Assembly: GCA_965116795.1 (NCBI GenBank)
Contig: OZ220716.1
Coordinates: 906,503 to 970,502 of the forward strand
Length of the DNA stretch: 64,000 bases
Source of the DNA: Gammaproteobacteria bacterium
GTDB lineage: Bacteria; Pseudomonadota; Gammaproteobacteria; JAJFKG01
Direction of reading: 5' to 3'
The translations under genes were made by a program, and so were the position numbers. Every line of letters begins with the position of its first letter. Within the stretch, counting starts at the first letter, position 1. The notes under the pieces were generated by a model. That model was not told where the DNA came from, did no database searches, and worked only from the letters and a program-made list of their open reading frames with translations. Shown piece after piece: positions 29,000 to 49,643 of this stretch.

Positions 29000-29088
29000 T
29001 AATAATATTTTGCTTAGGCACGATTAAGAAAAATAATATTTTTGGGTGGCATGAAAAGATTAGCTAAGTAGTGTAATTACCTTTGCAT

Positions 29089-29685
29089 TTAAAATCCTGA
29101 ATTAGGCTGTGCCAAAAAAGCGATTTCTTCTGCTGTTGATTCACGTTGTAAAATAGCATTGCGATGTGGAAATCGACCAAAACGAGCGATGATGTCGTAA
29201 TGCTGTTTGGCAAAATCATAATAATTTGCAAAGATTGACTGATGCGCAGGGCTTGCATCCCTGTGCAATTGCATGAACAGTTCTACTGATTGAATTTGTG
29301 CGCTTAAATCTTCAGCGTGTTCAAGTGGCATATAAAAGAATACTCGAAAAATAGGCACCAACGCTTTATCTATCTGATCATCAATACCAGCCTTTGCCAA
29401 TGCTAATGCTTGAGTATCATAAGCAAATGCACGTGGCATATCGCGATAACAATTACGTGGGAATTGATCCAATGCAATCAGTGCAGCCAGTCGTCCTTTG
29501 GGGTCGGAAAACCAATCATCATGTTGACTGTTAGCAACTGCATCAATTGTGGATTCAAATTGTTGCCTGACTTGATCATCGAATGTGGGATTCTTTTGCC
29601 ACCAGCGCGTGACATGGGTTTGATCAGGTAAGGTATCGTGACCTAAGCGGCCGAACCAAAAGTTGAGTAGGGTTTGATAGTACAT
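29089..29685 (-). CDS. DUF924 family protein
   Basis: LNFWF, LDQFPRN, FFYMPLEHAE, RFGRFPHRNAILQRESTAEE. Confidence 0.9.
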   Translation of the reverse strand: MYYQTLLNFWFGRLGHDTLPDQTHVTRWWQKNPTFDDQVRQQFESTIDAVANSQHDDWFSDPKGRLAALIALDQFPRNCYRDMPRAFAYDTQALALAKAGIDDQIDKALVPIFRVFFYMPLEHAEDLSAQIQSVELFMQLHRDASPAHQSIFANYYDFAKQHYDIIARFGRFPHRNAILQRESTAEEIAFLAQPNSGF

Positions 29686-29845
29686 AATGGAACACTGTTG
29701 ATGGAAAAGTAGTATCGATTGTAAGAGAGTTTTATATTCGCTGCAAATTGAATATTATTCATTGGCTTGCAAACCTGTTTGGCTTGTTTTATCTTGTAGA
29801 TATTAATAGAAAATCATGTAAATCCCTAGCGATGAGAACACTATT

Positions 29846-31165
29846 ATGTCAACATCAATGATTACCGGCGTTCCCCATTTAACAACCGCATCATCTGCGC
29901 CATTAGAACATTTAGAGAAACATTTCTTAATTCATCAAACATCCATTGAAACATGGTTGCGTGAACAGTGGCAACATACACCTGCGCCGTTGACCTGTTC
30001 AGTTGATTTGCGTAATGCAGGTTTTAAATTGGCACCGGTGGATACCAATTTATTTCCAGCAGGATTTAATAATTTAAATCCTGATTTTATGCCACTGTGT
30101 GTGCAAGCGGTGCGTGCTACGTTAGAAGCAGCCTATCCGCAAGCAACACGAGTCATGATTATTCCAGAAAGCCACACACGCAATCTAGCGTATTTAGAAA
30201 ATGTGGCTATATTACAACAAATCTTTATCCATGCAGGTTACCAAGTGCGTTTGGGCAGTTTATTAAATGACTTACCTTCGCCAGCACATATAATTACATT
30301 ACCATCAGGCGAGACAATAACATTGCATACTATTGAACGTCGTGGCGATCAATTAGTCGTTGCTGAGTTTGTGCCAGATATCATTGTGTCTAATAATGAT
30401 TTATCTGCGGGTACCCCAGAGATTTTACAACACTTAACACAACCGGTTACCCCATCCTTATGTTTAGGATGGTCACATCGTTTAAAGTCACAACATTTTG
30501 CTATTTATCAAACCATGTGTGAACAGTTTGCTGAGATTGCACAGATTGATCCGTGGTTAATCAATCCACTATTTACGGTGTGTGATGATATTAATTTTGT
30601 TGAACGTACTGGTAGTGACGCATTAGAGCAACATGTTGACGAATTGTTAACAGCTATTCAAGCAAAGTACCGAGAACATGATATTGATCATCAACCCTTT
30701 GTATTTGTCAAAGCAGATGCAGGTACGTATGGCATGGGTGTGATGATGGTTAATAGTGCGCAACAAGTGCGTGAGTTAAACCGTAAACAACGTACTAAGA
30801 TGGCAGCTTCCAAAGGTAAACAACAGGTAAGTCGAGTGATTATTCAAGAAGGTGTACCGTCAAATGAAACTTGGGGTGAAACCGGTGCGACAGCTGAACC
30901 AGTCATTTACATGCTTGGTCATCACGTTGTCGGTGGTTTTTATCGAGTGAATCAACAGCGTTCTTCTCAAGATAATTTAAACAGTCCAGGCATGACGTTT
31001 GAGCATTTAGCCTTTGCTGAAAGTTGTTTGTGTCCACAAGTGACCTGTAAACCAGACGATTGTCGCAATCGTTTTTATGCTTATGGAGTGGTTGCGCGTT
31101 TAGCTTTAGTAGCTGCTGCACGAGAGGCATACCAAGTGAAACATTCAGGCGATGGAGACTGTTAA
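29846..31165 (+). CDS. gshA: Glutamate--cysteine ligase, T. ferrooxidans type
   Basis: SVDLRNAGFKLAPVDTNLFPAGFNNLN, KADAGTYGMG, NLNSPG; stop overlaps gshB start. Confidence 0.92.
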   Translation: MSTSMITGVPHLTTASSAPLEHLEKHFLIHQTSIETWLREQWQHTPAPLTCSVDLRNAGFKLAPVDTNLFPAGFNNLNPDFMPLCVQAVRATLEAAYPQATRVMIIPESHTRNLAYLENVAILQQIFIHAGYQVRLGSLLNDLPSPAHIITLPSGETITLHTIERRGDQLVVAEFVPDIIVSNNDLSAGTPEILQHLTQPVTPSLCLGWSHRLKSQHFAIYQTMCEQFAEIAQIDPWLINPLFTVCDDINFVERTGSDALEQHVDELLTAIQAKYREHDIDHQPFVFVKADAGTYGMGVMMVNSAQQVRELNRKQRTKMAASKGKQQVSRVIIQEGVPSNETWGETGATAEPVIYMLGHHVVGGFYRVNQQRSSQDNLNSPGMTFEHLAFAESCLCPQVTCKPDDCRNRFYAYGVVARLALVAAAREAYQVKHSGDGDC

Positions 31166-32121
31166 TGACGATTAAATTTGGCATTGTCATGGATGACATT
31201 GCAACGATTAATCCACATAAGAATACTAGTTTAGCTATATTGCGCGAAGCAATGCATCGTCAATGGACATTATATTTAATTCATATGCCGGATTTACGTT
31301 GGCAAGAGAATGTTGTCTATAGTGTAGTTTATCCGTTAACAGTATTCGCTGATGATCAGCATTGGTTTGAGTTAGGCGATCCGCAACACATCCCACTGAA
31401 TACCTTGGATTGTATCTTTATGCATAAGGATCCACCGTTTAATATGGATTATATTTATGCCACGTATTTATTAGAACAAGCTAGTCGAGACGGTATATTT
31501 GTCTTTAATCACCCACAAGGGTTGCGCGATTTTAATGAGAAGTGTTGTATTATGCATTTTCCTGAGTGCATTGCACCGACCTGTGTCACTGCCAATATGC
31601 ACAGTATCAAGACATTTTTAGCCGAGCATCATGACATCGTAGTTAAACCATTAGATGGAATGGGAGGCAAAGGGATCTTTCGTTTACAGCAGCATGATCC
31701 CAATGTGAATGCGACATTAGAGATATTAACTGCTTCGGGAAAACATCCGATCATGGCGCAGCGTTATTTGCCTGATATTACTAAAAAAGGTGATAAACGA
31801 ATTTTGTTAATTGATGGTAAGCCAGTGCCACATGCCATTGCACGTTTCCCTACAGATGATGAAGCTAGAGCAAATTTAGCTGCTGGTGGTCATGCAGTGG
31901 AAGCTAAATTAAGCAAGCGTGATTATTGGTTATGTGAACAAATCGCACCGCAACTACAAGCACGTGGATTATTATTTGTTGGTATTGATATCATTGGTGA
32001 TTACATTACTGAGGTTAATGTAACGAGTCCAACCTGTGTCTGTGAATTTAATAAAACATTTAATATTAATGTCGGGGAGATGTTGTTAGATGTTGTTAGT
32101 GATAAATTATCCTCATCATGA
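31165..32121 (+). CDS. gshB: Glutathione synthetase
   Basis: KDPPFNMDYIYATY, KPLDGMGG, GDKRILLIDG, RANLAAGG, EVNVTSPT; ATG at 31165. Confidence 0.95.
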   Translation: MTIKFGIVMDDIATINPHKNTSLAILREAMHRQWTLYLIHMPDLRWQENVVYSVVYPLTVFADDQHWFELGDPQHIPLNTLDCIFMHKDPPFNMDYIYATYLLEQASRDGIFVFNHPQGLRDFNEKCCIMHFPECIAPTCVTANMHSIKTFLAEHHDIVVKPLDGMGGKGIFRLQQHDPNVNATLEILTASGKHPIMAQRYLPDITKKGDKRILLIDGKPVPHAIARFPTDDEARANLAAGGHAVEAKLSKRDYWLCEQIAPQLQARGLLFVGIDIIGDYITEVNVTSPTCVCEFNKTFNINVGEMLLDVVSDKLSSS

Positions 32122-32639
32122 AAACATTACAGCGTAGTTTATTTTTAGTCGGCCCTGCCGGTGTTGGTAAAAGCACTATTGGTAAACAGGTTGCGCTGAA
32201 ATTGCAGTGTGAATTTTATGATATTGATCGTATTATCGAACAGCGAACCGGTGTTGGTATCGCACATATTTTTGATGTTGAAGGTGAAGTTGGTTTTCGT
32301 CAGCGTGAGCAAACCATCTTAGCTGAATATGCGAACAAACCAGCTGCTGTAATTGCTACAGGTGCGGGTGCTGTATTGACTCAGGCTAATTGTGACTTAA
32401 TTAAACTAACCGGTGATGTTGCGTATCTATGGGCACCGGAAGATATTTTGGTGGAACGTGTTGAACGCAATAATAATCATCGTCCATTATTGCAAGTGGA
32501 GAATGTATCACAGACAGTTGCAGCAATGTTAGCTGAGCGCACGCCGTTGTATGAATCATTAGCAACATGGCAGGTGAATGCATTTGATCGCAAAATCAGT
32601 CGTATTGCTAATGAAATTTATAAATTGTTACCGTTATAG
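32118..32639 (+). CDS. aroK: Shikimate kinase
   Basis: GPAGVGKSTIG P-loop, IFDVEGEVGFRQRE, RPLL, RTPLY. Confidence 0.88.
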   Translation: MKTLQRSLFLVGPAGVGKSTIGKQVALKLQCEFYDIDRIIEQRTGVGIAHIFDVEGEVGFRQREQTILAEYANKPAAVIATGAGAVLTQANCDLIKLTGDVAYLWAPEDILVERVERNNNHRPLLQVENVSQTVAAMLAERTPLYESLATWQVNAFDRKISRIANEIYKLLPL

Positions 32640-32660
32640 TAGATATACAAAAAGTTATAC

Positions 32661-33608
32661 TTACGCTGCCACCACTTCACGTTGTTTTTTTTCTGATACA
32701 ATACTAGATGCATTCTTCAACAGCATCTGTATTAATTGGCTCAACGTTTCTGTCATGATGACAAAGTCTGCATCGAAGCGTTGTTCGGCAGTTTCTGTAT
32801 GGATATCTAATGTTAATTCTTGAATTAAATCCAAAAAGCGCATGCTGCCAATGCTGCCGTCTTCTTTTAAGGTAAAGCTAACTCTATCTGACCATTGCAA
32901 CCCCAATTGTACGACTTGATAATCGTTTTGTAAGAAGTGTTGAATTTCTTCAGCAAAAATATCTTGATTCTGGCATCGTACAACGGTTTTATTACTGCTG
33001 GCTTGACGTAATACAATGCTATCTAATGCACTCAATTGATTGGGTAAATTCATTTGTTTAATCCAGCGTGTTAATGTGGTTGTTGCTGGTGTCAATGGTT
33101 GATTTATTAGTTTTTTCTCAGAAACAGTGTCATGCCAGCATGTTAAAAACAATTCGAGTTGTTTTTTGCTAGCAACATCAACGATCATCTGTTGATGCTT
33201 GGGATCGATATAGGCATAAATCCGTGTTTGCTTGGTAAATGCCTGTGGTAATAATGAAAAATACAATTCATCTTGGATCCCTAATTTTTCACGTCGACTG
33301 ATTTTTCTATGTTGCTGTTGTTCTAGTTCTAAAATCTTTGTTTGTAAAGCTTGTTTAACCACACTACTTGGTAGTAATCGTTCATCGATTAATAAACAAA
33401 TCAATAGATAGCCATTAGCAGCGTGGACTAACAGTGTATCCTCTTGATCAAGTTGAACAGTTTGTATGGGTGCTGTCCAACCAACATGATGCGGACTAAC
33501 TCTGGGGCAGGGTACACTGTGCTTTGTTGCCAACTTAGCATGTAATGCATCTGCATTGTATGCAAGCGGTTGGCTTAATTGATATAAACGAATATTCTTA
33601 AACCACAT
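32661..33608 (-). CDS. rdgC: Recombination-associated protein RdgC
   Basis: MWFKNIRLY start, RLLPSSVV, LLPQAF, FDADFVIM. Confidence 0.92.
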   Translation of the reverse strand: MWFKNIRLYQLSQPLAYNADALHAKLATKHSVPCPRVSPHHVGWTAPIQTVQLDQEDTLLVHAANGYLLICLLIDERLLPSSVVKQALQTKILELEQQQHRKISRREKLGIQDELYFSLLPQAFTKQTRIYAYIDPKHQQMIVDVASKKQLELFLTCWHDTVSEKKLINQPLTPATTTLTRWIKQMNLPNQLSALDSIVLRQASSNKTVVRCQNQDIFAEEIQHFLQNDYQVVQLGLQWSDRVSFTLKEDGSIGSMRFLDLIQELTLDIHTETAEQRFDADFVIMTETLSQLIQMLLKNASSIVSEKKQREVVAA

Positions 33609-33766
33609 AACGACTTATCCTATAAGTGAGGAGGCTATTATACAGAAATCGATTATTAGCAGAAGGTAAGTTGTGTTTAATTAATGCGCGGCTTACAAGA
33701 TTATTGCACACAGACTAAAAGTTGGCTACGCTAATTAACAGTAATAGACACAGGGATGTGGTGGTG

Positions 33767-33970
33767 ATGAAATATATTAATACGCTTATTCTGATCCTCA
33801 GCGCAGGATTAATTGGTTGTACATTTTATACGCCTAATTATTATGATATATCTAATCAGCAGTGGCAACACATGCCGATGCAGCAACAAACCAATTCAAT
33901 TTATGCGTATAATACTGAACAGGCAGTAGAAGCTAAGCGACAAACAAACTTTACTTTTAATCCATTTTAA
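33767..33970 (+). CDS. Small lipoprotein, function unknown
   Basis: MKYINTLILILSAGLIGC lipobox; AGGGA upstream. Confidence 0.6.
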   Translation: MKYINTLILILSAGLIGCTFYTPNYYDISNQQWQHMPMQQQTNSIYAYNTEQAVEAKRQTNFTFNPF

Positions 33971-33983
33971 CAAGCGCAAAGTA

Positions 33984-34147
33984 ACGCCATGCTCGACTTT
34001 ATCTAAAAAGCTAAATAAATTTGCCTTCAAAAATAACTTAATAGAACCTCTGTGTGTTGAGGCGTTATCCCAGAAGCCGTGGAACGGCTATCTGGGATCC
34101 GAATAATCAAATAATTACACTATTACATAGAAAGTCGAACATCGCGT
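33984..34147 (+). mobile_element. 164-bp IS982-type MITE with 7-bp target duplication CAAAGTA
   Basis: Left end ACGCCATGCTCGACTTT is identical to the IS982 IR at 49644; right end AAAGTCGAACATCGCGT; CAAAGTA at 33977-33983 and 34148-34154. Confidence 0.88.
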
Positions 34148-34174
34148 CAAAGTACTAACGAGCAAGGAATTTAA

Positions 34175-34966
34175 GTGATGCATATATCACGTTTATACAT
34201 GCATAATACCTTACGCAATTTTAATTACATTGTGGCTTGTTCTGAAACAGGTGATGCATTGGTGATCGATCCATTAGATGCGAATGCCTGTTTGGCGGAA
34301 GCAAAACAACATGGCTGGACGATTCGTCAAATTTTGAATACTCATGAACACAATGATCATACTGCTGGTAATCGTGACCTAGTTGCAGCGACTGGTGCAC
34401 AAGTATTAGCGCATGCCAACGCTGCCAAAACCATTGGTGGTGTTAATCACGGCTTGCAAGCAGGGGAGTGTATTCGCGTTGGTAACACAATTGAATTACA
34501 AGTGCTAGATACGCCAGGCCATACATTTTCTCATGTATGCTTATTTGCGCATGCTGATCAACCTGCATTATTTTGTGGTGACACGTTATTTAATGCGGGG
34601 GTTGGTCATTGTCGTAGTGGTGACCCCATATTGTTATACGAAAGTTTTGCTAAACAGTTAACAAAGCTTGCTAATAATACATTGATTTACCCAGGGCATG
34701 ATTATTTAGTGAATAATTTACGGTTCACCTTAGATCGTGAACCGAGCAATCACATTGCAAAAGATACATTAACTAATGCTGAACACTATACTGGTTTTTG
34801 TGATGTGGTAAATACGTTGGCTGAAGAGCGTGATATTAATGTATTTTTACGTCTGCAATCACCAGATGTTATTGATACATTACGTCAACAATTTTCTGAT
34901 TTTCCAGCACAACCCAGCTCAAAAGACGTTTTTTTAAAACTACGTCAATTACGTGATCATTGGTAA
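34175..34966 (+). CDS. gloB: Hydroxyacylglutathione hydrolase (glyoxalase II-like metallo-beta-lactamase fold)
   Basis: NTHEHNDHTAGN, TPGHT, FCGDTLF, YPGHDY, NVFLRL. Confidence 0.85.
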   Translation: MMHISRLYMHNTLRNFNYIVACSETGDALVIDPLDANACLAEAKQHGWTIRQILNTHEHNDHTAGNRDLVAATGAQVLAHANAAKTIGGVNHGLQAGECIRVGNTIELQVLDTPGHTFSHVCLFAHADQPALFCGDTLFNAGVGHCRSGDPILLYESFAKQLTKLANNTLIYPGHDYLVNNLRFTLDREPSNHIAKDTLTNAEHYTGFCDVVNTLAEERDINVFLRLQSPDVIDTLRQQFSDFPAQPSSKDVFLKLRQLRDHW

Positions 34967-35036
34967 GCCTTTTATAGGTTTGAATATGGCTAAGCCCAAC
35001 GGTTTTTCAATTGCCTGTGAATTATCTTTAATTTTT

Positions 35037-44099
<9,063 letters not shown>

Positions 44100-44570
44100 C
44101 TGCTGCCACCTTAATAGTGCAGGTTACATAACGGCATTTAGGGATATAATAATTCAGTAGATTTGGTTAATAATCAAATATTATTATTTAACTAATTGCA
44201 TAACCCCTAATATGTAACTGCCAAAAATGTTATTTATTTATTATCATTTATTTATACAAATAAGCAGTTTATGTGTTATGGGAGATAGTAAGAAAAACAT
44301 CGGTGTACCCGTTTTAAGGGCATTAAAAAAATGTATAAAACCCCCAATGCTGCGATTTAGCAGATTTGATGATTTTTTATTGAGTGTAATAAATGTAGAT
44401 GTTTTTCTTATAATTTTTAGTGTGCATTTGTTGCCGCAAAATAGCATAACCAATAACACAATACCGCTTACCTATAAGTGTAGTTGGTCGGCCAATTTAT
44501 TGCCAATATTCAGCTTGTTGTAACTGATTGAATTGACCTGAAAAATAAAATTTTTCCTTAGTTTTATTCC

Positions 44571-45293
44571 CTATAAGGTGGTAAATAGCTCAGTGAGGAA
44601 GTTTTGCATCGCCAACCAGGCACGTTGATTAGCCAATTCGTTGTAGACCGTACCAAAATCTGGGTCGTTTGCATCGGGCTTGGTGAAGGCATGCATGGTA
44701 TTGCCATAGGCATGCGATTGCCAATCAGCTTTGGTAGCCGTCATTTCTTGACAAAATGTTATGACTTGGTCTGGAGTTGCCATGGGATCATCATAACCGT
44801 GTAACACCAGTACTTTTGCTGAAATGTTATTATTGCGACTCGCATTGTCTGGCGCATTTAATAAACCATGAAAACTAACAATACCATTAATGGCTGTTCC
44901 GCTACGCGCTAAGTCAAGTACGCATAATCCGCCAAAACAAAATCCAATCGCAGCAACACGTTGTTGATCGACAAAAGGTAATTGTTTAGCTGCCTCTAAT
45001 CCAGCTTGTAAACGTGCTAATAAGAATTGTCGGTCTTCGATAAAGGGGGCAATTAATTGTGTGTTTTGTTCACGACTATTACCTAATACACCTTTACCAA
45101 ACATATCGATAGCAAAGCCGACATATCCTAGTTTAGCTAATGCACGTGCTTGATCACAGGCAAATTGATCACGTCCACCCCATGCATGTGCAACTAGTAC
45201 CAATGGCTGTTGTTTACCATGCGTGGCATCAACTGCACAGAAGCCTTCTAATGTGGTATCCGTATGTGTGTATTCAATCAATTGTGTTTGCAT
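44571..45293 (-). CDS. Dienelactone hydrolase family protein
   Basis: GFCFGG, SFHGLL, HGYDDP, HAFT. Confidence 0.9.
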   Translation of the reverse strand: MQTQLIEYTHTDTTLEGFCAVDATHGKQQPLVLVAHAWGGRDQFACDQARALAKLGYVGFAIDMFGKGVLGNSREQNTQLIAPFIEDRQFLLARLQAGLEAAKQLPFVDQQRVAAIGFCFGGLCVLDLARSGTAINGIVSFHGLLNAPDNASRNNNISAKVLVLHGYDDPMATPDQVITFCQEMTATKADWQSHAYGNTMHAFTKPDANDPDFGTVYNELANQRAWLAMQNFLTELFTTL

Positions 45294-45335
45294 GTTACCT
45301 CCTTGCTATCCTGTTTTCCTGAACATTACAGTGTG

Positions 45336-46259
<924 letters not shown>

Positions 46260-46814
46260 CTACCGTATTTTTTCCTTTGTTATCGCGTCGTATATTGGTG
46301 TCGGGCCAATATGATTGTCAATATTTCCTGGGATGACTAAATCAACCTGTTTACCAAATTGTGTAACGACATCATCATAATCGGTTAACGGAGTTTGATT
46401 CGCCACATTCGCACTGGTTGATGTTATCGGTTTTGCAAACTGTTCACATACTGTTTTGATAATAGGATGTGCGCTAATCCGTACTGCTAATGAAGTTAAT
46501 CCTGGCAGCAATAGTGTACGTCCCTTTTCAGACAATGGAAATATCCAAGTAACAGGGCCGGGCCAAGTTGTCATGATGTAATCTAGATCAGTAACAGCAG
46601 AGGTATCAATGATATTATCAATTTGTGCAAATTCACTGGCAACCACAATGAATGCTTTGTTTGCTGGACGTTGTTTAATATCTAGGATACGTTGCCAGGC
46701 GACTTGATTAAATGGATCGCAGCCTAAACCGTACACACCTTCTGTCGGGTAAGCAATCACTCCACCCTGTTGTAATAGTAATGCAGCTTGATCAATATAC
46801 TGTTGATCTAACAT
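46260..46814 (-). CDS. tsaC: Threonylcarbamoyl-AMP synthase (YrdC)
   Basis: AYPTEGVYGLGCDP, IKQRP, WPGPVT, TSTSAN. Confidence 0.93.
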   Translation of the reverse strand: MLDQQYIDQAALLLQQGGVIAYPTEGVYGLGCDPFNQVAWQRILDIKQRPANKAFIVVASEFAQIDNIIDTSAVTDLDYIMTTWPGPVTWIFPLSEKGRTLLLPGLTSLAVRISAHPIIKTVCEQFAKPITSTSANVANQTPLTDYDDVVTQFGKQVDLVIPGNIDNHIGPTPIYDAITKEKIR

Positions 46815-46859
46815 GTTGCAATCTTATCTATATAGTTAATGGAAGCAGTTAACAATTTA

Positions 46860-49166
46860 TTATTTGGAGCCATCAGTAGTCGTTGTATCTTCTTCATAGG
46901 CTTCACGGTAATTACAGTTCTGTTGTGGGCATAGTATTTCACGACCTCTACGCTTCGTGGTTTTAATCGTTAAAATAGGCCACTCACAATTAGGGCATGG
47001 TGTTGCTATTGGTGGATCCCATAATGCATATTCGCAATTAGGGTAGCAGGCACATGAATAAAAGATCTTACCACGTCGTGATTTACGCTCTAATATATTA
47101 CCTTTTTTGCACTTAGGACATGCTATTTCAGTGTCTTTTGGTTTTTCTAATGGTTCAGTGAAGTTACATTCAGGGTAATTGCTGCAGCCGATGAATTTAC
47201 TATAACGACCCGTTTTGATGACTAATGTTTGTTGGCATTCAGGACATTGACGTCCTTCAACGGCTTCTACTTGTTCTTGATTATCGTCACCGTCTAAATT
47301 GCGTGTGTAATCACAATCAGGATAACCAGTGCAACCAATAAAGCGACCACGTCGTCCCAAACGAATGGATAATGGTTTACTACATTTCGGACAATTCTCA
47401 TCGAGTTTTTCTTGGGTCACATCACTGCGTTTGACCGTCTGATTAATTTCATCAATGCGCTGCTTAAAGCGCTCCCAAAATTCATCCATTAACGGTAACC
47501 ATTCTTTTTCGCCACGTGCAATTTCATCTAAAGCATCTTCCATGCGCGCAGTAAAATTATATTCTACATAATTGGTAAAGTACGTGGTGAGGAATTTAGC
47601 GACTACGCGACCCACATCAGTAGGTGTAAATCGTTTATTATCAAGTTGTACGTATTCACGTGCTTGCAGTGTAGAAATGATCGATGCATAGGTTGATGGT
47701 CTACCGATCCCATGTTCTTCCAAACTTTTTACTAGGCTTGCTTCACTGTAGCGTGGTGGTGGTTCAGTAAAATGTTGGTTTGGTGTAATTGATTTTAATG
47801 TAATAACATCACCTTCTTTCATCGTAGGTAGTAATTTTTCATCATTATCTGTTGTTTTACTATCATCTTGTCCTTCAAGATAGACCGCCATGAAGCCAGC
47901 ATGTGCAATGCTAGAACCATTGGCACGAAACGCACAATCATCACCACAAGCTAAGGTGATAGCAACCGTATCAATAGTAGCGTGTATCATTTGACTGGCT
48001 ACTGTTCGTTTCCAAATTAATCGATACAGCTTAAGTTGTTCTTCATTTAAGTAATCTTTAATAGCATCTGGCGTACGCATTGCTGATGTTGGGCGAATTG
48101 CTTCATGTGCTTCTTGGGCATTTTTCGATTTTGTTTTGTAAGTGCGTGGCTGTTTCGGTAAGTGAGAGTCGCCATATTGTTTGTTAATCAAATCTCGAAT
48201 TTCATTAATTGCTTCGTTAGCTAAATTAACCGAGTCAGTACGCATATACGTAATTAATCCGACAGTGTTACGGCCAATGTCGATCCCTTCATATAATTGT
48301 TGGGCAACACGCATAGTACGTTTAGTGGTAAACCCGAGTTTGCGCACAGCTTCTTGTTGTAGAGTTGATGTAATAAAAGGAGGTGCTGGGTTGCGCTTAC
48401 GTTGTTTTTTCTCAACTTGTTTAACAATTAATTTTCCGTCACTTTGCTGAGCAAGATAAGTGACATATTCAGTTGCTTGTTGTTCATTGGTAACAGTAAA
48501 TTGAGTGACTTTCTCGTTTTTATATTCAACTAATTTTGCATTAATGATTTGCGATTGCAGATCGCCAGCAGCAATAATGCTCCAATATTCTTGTGATTTA
48601 AATTGTTCGATTTCATGTTCACGTTCGACAATCATTCTCAATGCTGGACTTTGTACACGGCCTGCTGATAAACCTCTGCGAATTTTACTCCATAGTAATG
48701 GTGATAAAGTAAAACCGACTAGGTAATCCAATATGCGTCTAGTACGTTGGGCCTGTACTAAATCCATATCCAATGTGCGTGGATGCTCAATTGCTGCTTG
48801 TACTGCATTTTTAGTAATTTCATAAAACACAACACGATGAATTGGTTTATCATTCAGTACACCTTTATCTTTTAATATTTCGTACACATCGAATGAAATG
48901 GCTTCACCTTCGCGGTCAGGGTCAGTTGCCAGATACAATGCGTTAGCTTGTTTTGCTGCTTTGATCATCACATCAACATGTTTTTGATTTTTATCGATGT
49001 TCTGTAATTTCATTTTGAATTGGTTATTCGGATCAACTGCTCCACCTTTGGGAACCAAGTCACGCACATGGCCAAAAGAAGCCAACACATCAAAGTCTTT
49101 TCCAACATATTTTTTAATGGTTTTCGCTTTAGCGGGTGATTCGACAACAATAAGATGTTTAGCCAT
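46860..49166 (-). CDS. topA: DNA topoisomerase I with C-terminal zinc ribbons
   Basis: VESPAKAKTI, ATDPDREGE, SAGRVQS, ITYMRTDS catalytic Tyr, C4 zinc ribbons. Confidence 0.97.
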   Translation of the reverse strand: MAKHLIVVESPAKAKTIKKYVGKDFDVLASFGHVRDLVPKGGAVDPNNQFKMKLQNIDKNQKHVDVMIKAAKQANALYLATDPDREGEAISFDVYEILKDKGVLNDKPIHRVVFYEITKNAVQAAIEHPRTLDMDLVQAQRTRRILDYLVGFTLSPLLWSKIRRGLSAGRVQSPALRMIVEREHEIEQFKSQEYWSIIAAGDLQSQIINAKLVEYKNEKVTQFTVTNEQQATEYVTYLAQQSDGKLIVKQVEKKQRKRNPAPPFITSTLQQEAVRKLGFTTKRTMRVAQQLYEGIDIGRNTVGLITYMRTDSVNLANEAINEIRDLINKQYGDSHLPKQPRTYKTKSKNAQEAHEAIRPTSAMRTPDAIKDYLNEEQLKLYRLIWKRTVASQMIHATIDTVAITLACGDDCAFRANGSSIAHAGFMAVYLEGQDDSKTTDNDEKLLPTMKEGDVITLKSITPNQHFTEPPPRYSEASLVKSLEEHGIGRPSTYASIISTLQAREYVQLDNKRFTPTDVGRVVAKFLTTYFTNYVEYNFTARMEDALDEIARGEKEWLPLMDEFWERFKQRIDEINQTVKRSDVTQEKLDENCPKCSKPLSIRLGRRGRFIGCTGYPDCDYTRNLDGDDNQEQVEAVEGRQCPECQQTLVIKTGRYSKFIGCSNYPECNFTEPLEKPKDTEIACPKCKKGNILERKSRRGKIFYSCACYPNCEYALWDPPIATPCPNCEWPILTIKTTKRRGREILCPQQNCNYREAYEEDTTTTDGSK

Positions 49167-49168
49167 AG

Positions 49169-49639
49169 TTAGTGTGTCACTCTTGATAAGTTGCTCAGTC
49201 CAGTTTGTATATCAGTAAACAAACTGCATAGTGTATTCAATGGTTGTTGTGGGTTTAATATAACAAATAACGCGATATATGCTAAGCGAGCGGTGTTGAT
49301 TAATCGTTTCCCCGAATAATGTAAACAAACGGTTAATACGGTTTCTAGTGTTGTTGTTGACAATAGTTTGAGTTGTATCAGTTGATACAATAATTGCTGT
49401 GCATCGTGTGTTAGTGCTGCTTTCTCAACAGGCGATAATACACGAGTAGTTTGGTAATACACAGTTTGTTGTGATACTTGCTGATGAGCAGTTAACCACT
49501 GGTTTAATAAGTCTAATAGCTTGCTTAGCTCAGCGGCAACGGCATGATTAGCATTGGTATCATCTAGGGCTAATGTATTCGTTGCATGTTGTTCGAACAA
49601 CATATAATTTTCCAATAAATAAAACAGTATACTTAACAT
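49169..49639 (-). CDS. smg: Smg (DUF494) family protein, divergent
   Basis: MLSILFYLLENYM start and TRVLSPVE motif; canonical position between dprA and topA. Confidence 0.7.
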   Translation of the reverse strand: MLSILFYLLENYMLFEQHATNTLALDDTNANHAVAAELSKLLDLLNQWLTAHQQVSQQTVYYQTTRVLSPVEKAALTHDAQQLLYQLIQLKLLSTTTLETVLTVCLHYSGKRLINTARLAYIALFVILNPQQPLNTLCSLFTDIQTGLSNLSRVTH

Positions 49640-49643
49640 ATTA

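Noticed and set aside
44227-44523. ORFs on both strands upstream of the adhesin
   Set aside because: AT-rich, no convincing RBS or motif; most likely promoter DNA.
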